Shown piece by piece: positions 57,501 to 64,000 of a stretch of 64,000 bases of DNA. Location of the stretch: assembly GCA_027491435.1 (NCBI GenBank), contig JAOZFG010000003.1, forward strand, positions 1 to 64,000, given 5' to 3'. Position numbers and translations under genes: made by a program. The notes beneath the pieces are model-generated. The model did not search any database and was not told where the DNA came from. It was given only the letters and a program-made list of their open reading frames with translations. This DNA comes from Thermoproteota archaeon. GTDB lineage: Archaea > Korarchaeota > Korarchaeia > Korarchaeales > Korarchaeaceae. Positions within the stretch are counted from its first letter, which is position 1. Each line of letters starts with the position of its first letter.

Positions 57501-57834
57501 CCTTGGCCTGGCTGACCAGCAGGGAGGTTGGAAATATTAGGTAGCTTCTACCCTCACCGGCCAGGTAATAGCTAGTGATCAGGCCAAAAACCGTCTTGCC
57601 AACTCCCGTGGGGGCTATGGCAGCGAAACTCCTTCCCGACAGGACCCTCTTGGCCCAAGTCCTCTGAACCTCCCAGGGAGGCGAGCCCACGCACTTCCTG
57701 AAGAATTCCTGGTAATCCTCTAGCCTCTCCATCAGTTCCCTAATTTCCTCGGTTATGCAGGGCTCACCATCAGCGAACACGAGGCCCCTGTCGGGACAGA
57801 GCTCCTTGAAGGCCGCCTGGATCATCCGATTCAC
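54550..57834 (-). CDS. rgy: Reverse gyrase
   Basis: APTGVGKT and DDVD helicase-like domain, GRASR, VVESPNKA, CYDC..CPRC, TDPDTEGE, LITYHRTDS, GIGRPSTY. Confidence 0.97.
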   Translation of the reverse strand: MNRMIQAAFKELCPDRGLVFADGEPCITEEIRELMERLEDYQEFFRKCVGSPPWEVQRTWAKRVLSGRSFAAIAPTGVGKTVFGLITSYYLAGEGRSYLIFPTSLLVSQAKEILEGYVEKAGKEVSILAYRGDMKAKEKREFMEKLTEGDFDILITTSQFLSRRAEEIRRAAPFSFIFVDDVDSFLKNSRNVDKVLKLMGFTDEDIRKAYRGEPVDRRPKGVLVVSTATGRPGKRAQLFRNLLGFDVGVIRQEYLRNIVDMFTKDEERFLSFIKEMGPGLLAFIPKMEMADRVKSLLSEAGLKAGVMSGYDEELLNSFVKGELDALIGAAKPYGVLVRGVDLPHRIRYVVFYGVPRFELTVKEVEEMQDNVVVAMFSVIAKALGPAERRLAMAARVRPTEENVKRVREKLKEVLSSKETLERVSKSGDIVLDTETMKVVIPDIRSYIQASGRASRLYPGGMTKGASLVYDRDPLLTGFLKRASAYDIDFYEVSEVDISSLRQEIDEDREKYLKLKGQFRETAGLLKTVLFVVESPNKARTIARFFGKPSKRIIGNVVTYETTTGNYVVTVAASGGHVVDLSTVGGYHGVLIEEYDDTRTFIPMYSSIKRCYDCGYQFTDGDRCPRCGSTNIRDSRDNIEAIRWLAYEADRVLIGTDPDTEGEKIAWDIYQMIRGIAKEVYRAEFHEVTKRAIMKAMQELLEINEPRVKAQIVRRIEDRWIGFELSEELQKVFKNRSLSAGRAQTPTLGWIIERYEEHKKKKVITLIRGDQLFLRVEGKYGEQGRRKAFVEPVETVEERVVPPPPFTTDEMIKEANRVLGMDARRVMDVAQSLFEAGLITYHRTDSTRVSDAGWRVASEYLGDEFVPRKWGEGGAHECIRPTKPLSTGDLIEYVKEGVIIPPEPMKKDHFRLYDLIFKRFMASQTRESVVKKQKYKLKFDGVELVDERVVAVEGGWATIYPYFYRVMPELKAKEIEIDVKHVKVPLVPLYTQGDVVALMKERGIGRPSTYATIMEKLLIRRYVVERKGKLLPTKLGIEVYNYLVNKYEDLISEERTRLLERKMSLVEEGKADHQEVINELYEEILEKVVMRRSLH

Positions 57835-57913
57835 TCCCTTAATAACGGATGATTACCGGCGTAAAACGTATCATAAAACCCCTTTTTAACTTCTTAAAAA
57901 GCGTTTTCACCGG

Positions 57914-58252
57914 ATGAGAGCGGTGAGGTTAGCCATAACGATCAGCGGTGATTCCAGTAGGCTGGTTGAGGGCGTTGCAGTTGTGGAGCTGGATAGGTCG
58001 GGCCTGGTGTCCGATATAATGTTCATAGGGGGAATAGAATCCATGGATGTAGAGTCTCTGAGAGAGCTGCTATCTGAGCTGGACGTCGACTACATACTGG
58101 TCAAGGAAAGCCTGGCAGGCTACCTGGGCTTTCGGAATAGAGTTTACCTTTATAGGTCGGATGGAATAAAAGATATACTTAGGGAGTTTCTTACCGGTAA
58201 GGTAAGGCCCCTCGAGGAGGACCAAGGGGAGCTCCCCACTCCCTGGAATTGA
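57914..58252 (+). CDS. Hypothetical protein, possibly NifB/NifX-like fold
   Basis: Size and the pattern L...DVDYIL...IL.EFL.GK resemble the NifX family; weak. Confidence 0.45.
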   Translation: MRAVRLAITISGDSSRLVEGVAVVELDRSGLVSDIMFIGGIESMDVESLRELLSELDVDYILVKESLAGYLGFRNRVYLYRSDGIKDILREFLTGKVRPLEEDQGELPTPWN

Positions 58253-58261
58253 GGTGAACCT

Positions 58262-58486
58262 ATGAGGAAGGTGGTCAAGCTCAGGTTGAAGAGGTACGAA
58301 AGGGATGGGAGGCCCTACGTCAGCTACCTGCTGACGGCCCCGAAGGCCTTCGTCGAGGCTCTTGGGTGGGGCGAGGGCACCCTGCTGGAGGTCACCCTCT
58401 CCGACGGATTCCTGGTTTACAGGCCTTACAAGGTTCAAAAAAGGAAGGTCAGGTACCACAGGCTTCAGCTAACCTCCAACAGATAG
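58262..58486 (+). CDS. AbrB/MazE/SpoVT-type DNA-binding protein
   Basis: SYLLTAPKAFVEALGWGEGTLLEV. Confidence 0.8.
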   Translation: MRKVVKLRLKRYERDGRPYVSYLLTAPKAFVEALGWGEGTLLEVTLSDGFLVYRPYKVQKRKVRYHRLQLTSNR

Positions 58487-59622
58487 CCCTTAAGGTAATG
58501 TGTCCAGGGATGTAATGGATCCACGGGGTGGTCCGGGGACTGCCCTCTCTTGCCCAGAACCTTGAACTCCTTGCCAGTCAGCTTGGCGGCCCTCTCTAGG
58601 ACCTTAAGGAAGGTCCTCTCGTCCACGAACTGACTGCAGCTGCTGGTGAATATAAGTCCCGATTCCACCTTCTCCATGGCGGCCGCGTTAACTGCGGTGT
58701 AGGTCCTCAGGCCCGCGTTCAGCATTTCTCTCCTAGGCACTAAGGCTGGTGGGTCCACTACAACCAGGTCGTAGATGTTGTGATCGGACTCCATGAACTC
58801 CTTCACCCTCTGAGCTACGCCCGCCACCTGGACCCGGTTGAGCTTGGCGTTCTCCCTCAAAAGGGCTATAGCCTCCGTCGACTCGTCAACTGACGTCACC
58901 TTCGCCCCTGATATGGCCGCGTGTATGCCGAAACCCCCCGTGTAAGAGTAGAGGTCCAGCACCTTCATGTCAGGGCCAGCCAGCTCTCCCACTTCTAGCC
59001 TGTTAGGCCGCTGGTCTATGAAGAAGCCCGTCTTCTGCCCTTGCACCACGTCTACCTTGAAGAGAGAGGGTCCCTCCCTTATTATCGCCTCCTTCTTCCC
59101 TCCCTTTATAAACCTCCTCTCCGTTGGGAGGTTCACCTCCCTCCTGGGCCTGCTGTCGTTCTTAAGGAATATGGTGTCCGGCCTCAAGAGCTCGTCCAGG
59201 ATTGAGGTTATCTTGTTAATCCTCCTGTCTATCCCAAGGGAGGTGGAGGACATCACCACCAAGTCGTCGTACACGTCCACTATAAGGCCAGGAAGCCCAT
59301 CGGCCTCGCTGTGAACTAGCCTGAAGAAGTTCCCCAGGTTCAGCCTCTCCCTCATCCTCAAAGCGGACTCGAGCCTGCTCCTGAAGAGCTCCTCAGGCGA
59401 GAACTTTAAGTCCGTTGATAGAACCCTCACCGCTATTGCCCCCACTCCTTCGAAGAAGCCGTAACCCAGCGCTTCCTGTTCGTCCTTAACTACTACAAGG
59501 TCCCCCCCGCTTACCGGCCCCCTCACCTCCTTGACCCACTTCACGTATATGTTTCTGACCCCCTTCCTTAGCCTCTCTGCCCCTCCCTTCTTCAAGATCA
59601 CCTCTCCAACGAAGGACCACAT
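58465..59622 (-). CDS. RlmI-like SAM-dependent rRNA m5C methyltransferase
   Basis: PUA-like N-terminus, SEADGLPGL, GQKTGFFIDQR, LDLYSYTGGF, DPP, TSSCS, DHP..YLK. Confidence 0.88.
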   Translation of the reverse strand: MWSFVGEVILKKGGAERLRKGVRNIYVKWVKEVRGPVSGGDLVVVKDEQEALGYGFFEGVGAIAVRVLSTDLKFSPEELFRSRLESALRMRERLNLGNFFRLVHSEADGLPGLIVDVYDDLVVMSSTSLGIDRRINKITSILDELLRPDTIFLKNDSRPRREVNLPTERRFIKGGKKEAIIREGPSLFKVDVVQGQKTGFFIDQRPNRLEVGELAGPDMKVLDLYSYTGGFGIHAAISGAKVTSVDESTEAIALLRENAKLNRVQVAGVAQRVKEFMESDHNIYDLVVVDPPALVPRREMLNAGLRTYTAVNAAAMEKVESGLIFTSSCSQFVDERTFLKVLERAAKLTGKEFKVLGKRGQSPDHPVDPLHPWTHYLKGYLLEVS

Positions 59623-59623
59623 C

Positions 59624-60754
59624 TTACCTCCTCAACATCAGCGGGTCCTTTGGAAGGGCCTCCGTGAGAACTTCAGCTTCCTTCTTACCTATCACCACGG
59701 TGTCCTCTATCCTTATTCCTCCCCATCCCTTTAAGTAAATGCCTGGTTCGTCCGTGACGGCCATCCCCTCTAAGAGCTTACCAGTGGCCCCTACCACTAC
59801 CCTGGGGGGCTCGTGTATGTCTATGCCTATGCCGTGTCCCAGAGTGTGCACGTAATATTCGAGGAGGCCCCTATCGTGTAGGACCTTCCTTGCCTCTACA
59901 TCCGGCTTCTCCAGCTTCTGCCCGTCCTTCATGTAGTTGAGGGCCCTCTCCTGAGCCTCCTTGACCGCATCGTACTTTAGAAGGAAGTCCTCGTCTGGCT
60001 TGCCCACGAACATGGTCCTGGTCATGTCACTGCAGTAGCCCTCGTAAATGGCGCCGAAGTCCATCAGAAGTATCTCATCCCTTCCCAGCTTCTTCTCGGT
60101 GACCACGTGATGGGCGTTGAACGAGTTCGCTCCGATGGCCACAATTGGAGGAAAGCTAGGCCCTGAGGCGCCCAGCTCCACCATTTCAAATATCAGCCTG
60201 TTGGCTATTTGCCTCTCAGTCATTCCCTCCCTTATCTCCAGGTTTTCAAAGGCCTTTATTGCTATTTCGGCACTCTTCTTCATGACTTGTACTTCGTACT
60301 CGCTCTTAACCGCCCTCATCCTGACCAGCTGCTCCGTGACGTCTACGATGGCCGCGCTCTTCTTCCCCCTCCTGGTCTTCTTTCTGAGAAGCTCGATCTG
60401 CTTACTGTCCTGTAGGAAGTCTACAGCTATCTTCCTTGTCCCCTCCCCGAACTTCTGGGCGAAGTACTCAACGACCTTGGGGTTCCTCACTTCCTCCCTC
60501 TTGAGGCCGAAGTAAGGCCTTATCACGTCCACCTCGTAGGGGCTCTCCTGTTCGGCCAGCTCATCCCCGAAGGCGTACTTGGCGATCAGCACTGGATCCC
60601 CGCTCCTAGGGACCACCAGCATCATAGCGTTCTTCGTGCCCGAAAGGTAGAACATGTTGCTCTCCCTCTGAATCAGAGTGTAGTCAACGCCCCTCCGGGA
60701 CATCCACCTCTTCAGCCTCCTAACCCTCTTATCCAGCTCCTTACGGGGGATCAT
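59624..60754 (-). CDS. Xaa-Pro peptidase (M24B)
   Basis: RAVKS..E, DFG...GYCSDMTRT, HTLGHGIGIDIHE, EPGIY, GIRIED. Confidence 0.92.
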   Translation of the reverse strand: MIPRKELDKRVRRLKRWMSRRGVDYTLIQRESNMFYLSGTKNAMMLVVPRSGDPVLIAKYAFGDELAEQESPYEVDVIRPYFGLKREEVRNPKVVEYFAQKFGEGTRKIAVDFLQDSKQIELLRKKTRRGKKSAAIVDVTEQLVRMRAVKSEYEVQVMKKSAEIAIKAFENLEIREGMTERQIANRLIFEMVELGASGPSFPPIVAIGANSFNAHHVVTEKKLGRDEILLMDFGAIYEGYCSDMTRTMFVGKPDEDFLLKYDAVKEAQERALNYMKDGQKLEKPDVEARKVLHDRGLLEYYVHTLGHGIGIDIHEPPRVVVGATGKLLEGMAVTDEPGIYLKGWGGIRIEDTVVIGKKEAEVLTEALPKDPLMLRR

Positions 60755-60757
60755 GGC

Positions 60758-61042
60758 CTAACCTCCCAGGATGTTTAGGACCTTCACAAGGCTTCTCTCA
60801 GCTTCATCCATCCTGCCTGACCTTGCCGAGCCCACCGAGTTTATCAAGAGCAGTTCAACTTCAGAATTTAGCTTTTCTGGGGTGAGGGCCGGTATTACCC
60901 TATCTATTAGGAGCTTCACCCTCCGACTACAGCTCGGGTACACGGACCTTAACTCGTTGAGGATGGCCTTTACAGACTGCTCTTTCCTCTTCTCATCTGA
61001 CCTAGACCTTATCTCCTTTTCCCACCTCTTGAAAAACGACAT
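60758..61042 (-). CDS. Hypothetical small helical protein
   Basis: 94-aa ORF in operon spacing between fdhE and the peptidase. Confidence 0.6.
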   Translation of the reverse strand: MSFFKRWEKEIRSRSDEKRKEQSVKAILNELRSVYPSCSRRVKLLIDRVIPALTPEKLNSEVELLLINSVGSARSGRMDEAERSLVKVLNILGG

Positions 61043-61053
61043 GGGATCCCTCC

Positions 61054-61881
61054 CTACTCATAACCCTCCTCCTTAGCCAAGAGGTCCAAGTCCATGGTGA
61101 TTATAGGGTAGAACTCTCTAGGAATGCCAGGAAGTTTCCTCTCGTCCACGACCTTCCAGTACTTCCCGCAAGCGTCACAGAAGTAAAGCCTATAGGCTCC
61201 CCCCTCCAGCTCGTAGAACCCTAGCTTCTCGTTATCTTCGTTACCGCAGAACGGGCACTTTATCCTCTTGAAGGGCCACTCCATCCCGCAGACCTCGCAC
61301 TTGAGGGTCAGCTTACCCCCCTCCCCGTGCAGGAGTCCGACTTTCGTATGGCTCCCGCAGACGGGACAATAGCCGTTGCCCCAGTTAGAACCATCGAAGT
61401 GCTCCCTGAAGCTGTCCCTTATCGAGAAGAGAAATGGTTGCACCACCCAGACTGTGAGGGCCTGCAGTATTTCGGAGTTAACCCTTGTTTTATCAGCTAA
61501 CTCTAGGACGCCCTCCTCCCCTTCCCTGAGGGCCGTCTCAACTAACTCCTCCAGGTTAAGGGCCCCCTCAACTATTGCACTCTCCACCTCGGCTAAGTCC
61601 TCTACCATATCCTCCCTGTGAGCCTTAACAACGCTGATTATCTTTAAAGCAGCCTCTTTGAGCTCTTTCTCCTCAAATTTAAAATCTATGAAGTCTACCG
61701 CCGGTTTTCCTGTGTTAACTACGCTGTTAGCCACCTCCTGAAAATTCACCGATGAGAACTTCTCCCGCAACCCCTCAGATATTATCCTCTGAACTGTTAT
61801 AAGCTCCGAAAAAAACAGCAGGGGTTCCTTGAGGTCAGGCCTCTTCTCAGAGAGCCTCTCTATCGCTTCCCTTGCTTCCAT
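61054..61881 (-). CDS. fdhE: Formate dehydrogenase accessory protein FdhE
   Basis: CPVCG, CEVC..EW...R.KCPFCGN, CDACG.Y.K. Confidence 0.92.
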   Translation of the reverse strand: MEAREAIERLSEKRPDLKEPLLFFSELITVQRIISEGLREKFSSVNFQEVANSVVNTGKPAVDFIDFKFEEKELKEAALKIISVVKAHREDMVEDLAEVESAIVEGALNLEELVETALREGEEGVLELADKTRVNSEILQALTVWVVQPFLFSIRDSFREHFDGSNWGNGYCPVCGSHTKVGLLHGEGGKLTLKCEVCGMEWPFKRIKCPFCGNEDNEKLGFYELEGGAYRLYFCDACGKYWKVVDERKLPGIPREFYPIITMDLDLLAKEEGYE

Positions 61882-61994
61882 CTCGATCCATCTAGAATAC
61901 CCTCATCCCTTTTAAATTATGCTCGTAGACCTCCTCTCTGCGCTTCACCGGGGTAACGTGCCTTTAAGCATCACAAAAGAAGGGAGAGGGGAAG

Positions 61995-62729
61995 TTATTC
62001 CTTGGCCCTCTCGTACCAGCTCGGGTGATGCTCGGCCACGTACTCCTCGGTGAGCCTACCGGTCCTGAACATGGCCCTGACGAAGGGCCTGTGCTCGGGT
62101 ATGAGGAGGGCGGCGTACACGTGAATTACCAGCCCTATGGCCGCTATGAAGAAACCTATATCGTGTAGCAGGTGAGCGGCTTCCCAGACGCTGGCCGGGA
62201 AGGCGTCCCTGAACCACATTACGATGCCGGTCAAGTACATTATGACCATGCCTATCGAAGCAGTCCAGATCCAGCCCTTCTGCCCTAGGTTGTACTTGGG
62301 GAACTTGACGGGCTTCCTGTGTATGTAGTAGTCGATCATGTCCTGAACGCCTTTCTTGAAGCAGGAGAAGCTCCAGCACTCTGGCATGAATTCGGACTTC
62401 TTTAAGTCGGCGAGCATCTTTATGAAGAACGGGATGAGCACCATCGCAAGGCCCACAGCTGAGAGCCTGTGTATAAATCTAGCCACTTGAACTCCGAGGC
62501 TGTAGGGGTCATAGCCGCTGATTATGGTGGACAGTGGGTAGCCGAAGATGTAGGCAAGCCACCCGAACCAGTCCTTGCTTATTAGGGGCAGCCCAGTTAT
62601 GAAGAAGAATAGAGTGAAGTGTATCAGGTGTTTGTGAGCCCATATTTGGGCCTCGCTAAAGGCCCTCACTGATTCACACTTGCTCCTCCACTCGGCCAAG
62701 GAAATGCACTCCTCAGCCATATCACTCAC
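61995..62729 (-). CDS. Formate dehydrogenase gamma subunit (cytochrome b556, FdnI-like)
   Basis: Four TM helices with His ligands; KYNLGQK, TGIVMW, HVY, AMFRTG, HHPSW. Confidence 0.88.
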   Translation of the reverse strand: MSDMAEECISLAEWRSKCESVRAFSEAQIWAHKHLIHFTLFFFITGLPLISKDWFGWLAYIFGYPLSTIISGYDPYSLGVQVARFIHRLSAVGLAMVLIPFFIKMLADLKKSEFMPECWSFSCFKKGVQDMIDYYIHRKPVKFPKYNLGQKGWIWTASIGMVIMYLTGIVMWFRDAFPASVWEAAHLLHDIGFFIAAIGLVIHVYAALLIPEHRPFVRAMFRTGRLTEEYVAEHHPSWYERAKE

Positions 62730-63519
62730 CTCCTCCCTCCTCCTCTTTCTTCTTCTCTTCCATCCTCTTAGCCCTCCAGAAGACTAGGTGGCCTAAAGCA
62801 CCTATGAGGGTCAGGCCCACTAGGCCCCACCCAATAGGCCTTATGGCGTCGATGGTAGCCCTTGCAGCCTTTCTCGGATCCTTGAGGAGCCTGTCTCCGA
62901 AGTATTTGGGGTCGGTGAGCTTGCCCTTGTACTTCTTGGTCACGTATATGTAGTGGGTCTTGCCCACGTAGTCGTTGACGTTGTCCCCGTAGACCTCATA
63001 GCCCTCTGACTTGAACTTGTTGACCAGCTCATCGTAATCTCCGAAGACCAAGGCGTCAGTTGGACAGGCTGACACGCAAGCAGGCTCCAAACCGTTCTGT
63101 ATCCTGTCGATGCAGAAAGTGCACTTGTACACCTTCTCCGTGTACTCGTCATACCTGGGAACGTCGTAGGGACAGGCTTCTACGCAGTACCTGCAGCCTA
63201 TACACTTGTCCTCCCTGATCACCACGGCCCCGCTCGGGTGCACTTCTATAGCGCCCACAGGACAGGCGTTAGCGCAGGGGGCGTTGCTGCAGTGCATACA
63301 CTGCCTCTTGAAGAACAGCCAGTGGAAGCCATCACCGTCAACCACCTCCTTGGCTTCCATGACCATCCAGACGTTGGGCAGCAAGTCAGGCGGGTTGGTC
63401 ATCGTCGGGCTGAAGCTGGTAACCTCTGGCCTCGTGTTGTTCCAGACGTGACAAGCTACCTGGCAGGCCCTACAGAAGATGCAGTTATCAACATTAAAGG
63501 CTATGGCCTTCTCCCCCAT
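62722..63519 (-). CDS. Formate dehydrogenase iron-sulfur (beta) subunit (FdnH-like)
   Basis: CIFCRACQVAC, CMHC..APC, CIGCRYC, CTFC..PAC; C-terminal TM helix. Confidence 0.9.
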   Translation of the reverse strand: MGEKAIAFNVDNCIFCRACQVACHVWNNTRPEVTSFSPTMTNPPDLLPNVWMVMEAKEVVDGDGFHWLFFKRQCMHCSNAPCANACPVGAIEVHPSGAVVIREDKCIGCRYCVEACPYDVPRYDEYTEKVYKCTFCIDRIQNGLEPACVSACPTDALVFGDYDELVNKFKSEGYEVYGDNVNDYVGKTHYIYVTKKYKGKLTDPKYFGDRLLKDPRKAARATIDAIRPIGWGLVGLTLIGALGHLVFWRAKRMEEKKKEEEGGGE

Positions 63520-63524
63520 CTAGA

Positions 63525-64000
63525 TCACCTCACCCTAACACCAGGTAGGTTCTCCTCATTCGCCTTGTAGTCGTACTTGTCCGGCGAGGCCTTCCTTATG
63601 TAGGCCAAGAAGGCCTTGGTCTCCTGCATCGTGGTCACTAGGTCCATGAATATGTCCGCTATCAGGTTGGCGACGGCATATGTGGAGTGAGCTCCCTGCC
63701 ATCCCCAGTGCCAGGGTATGTTGACGACGTAAACCTCCTTTCCGTTAACGCTCAGCTTGGGAACCCTGTTGGTCACCATGGCCCTCAAGTAGATCCTGTT
63801 TCTCTTGTTTCCAACTTCCACGATGTCTCCTGGCTTTATTCCCAGTTTATCGGCTAAAGGCTTGGGTATGTCGACGAATGGTTCGGGAACCAGCTCTGCA
63901 AGCAATGGCACGTTCCTAGTCAGCTGACCTGTGTGGAAGTGCTCCACCATCCTGTTGGTCGTCACCACGACTACAGCGGCGTCACTTGGAGCCCCTAGCT
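63525..64000 (-). CDS. Formate dehydrogenase alpha subunit, C-terminal molybdopterin-dinucleotide-binding domain (partial)
   Basis: TTNRMVEHFHTG, PEPFV, IPWHWG, AN...D......ETK; ORF continues past the window end. Confidence 0.88.
   Translation of the reverse strand, partial: LGAPSDAAVVVVTTNRMVEHFHTGQLTRNVPLLAELVPEPFVDIPKPLADKLGIKPGDIVEVGNKRNRIYLRAMVTNRVPKLSVNGKEVYVVNIPWHWGWQGAHSTYAVANLIADIFMDLVTTMQETKAFLAYIRKASPDKYDYKANEENLPGVRVR

Noticed and set aside
58262-58486. AbrB protein as part of a second toxin-antitoxin module
   Set aside because: No adjacent toxin gene is recognisable.

Overview
Archaeal DNA from a hyperthermophile (reverse gyrase, AGG/ATA-rich codon use, TATA-type promoters). 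It is probably a TACK-group lineage, but the taxon cannot be fixed from this window. No rRNA, tRNA or CRISPR array was seen. Four blocks: (1) 5.5-17.6 kb, a type IV pilus locus (assembly ATPase, TadC-like platform, about six pilin-like genes, a Gly-linker adhesin, prepilin peptidase) physically joined to an approximately 7-TM membrane protein, a predicted longin/uDENN-fold protein and a Rab-like small GTPase; (2) 18-42 kb, a CO/H2 energy island: V4R + radical-SAM/ModE-HTH regulators (CorQR-like), cooF-cooS-cooC-hdrA-mvhD/Fd-hdrC-hdrB-cooT, a Tat-exported [NiFe]-hydrogenase with Isp1/Isp2, a full hyp set, a globin-like protein and a second V4R-like protein; (3) rnhB with a vapBC islet flanked by a duplication of the rnhB 5' end; (4) housekeeping genes (aroC, CM-aminotransferase, tyrA, speE, serS, rgy, rRNA methyltransferase, peptidase) and a formate dehydrogenase-N-type operon cut by the window end. 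The two best candidates for undescribed systems are the pilus-linked 7TM/longin/Rab-like GTPase module and the CODH-HdrABC/MvhD operon. All family calls are from reading motifs by eye; no database search was run.
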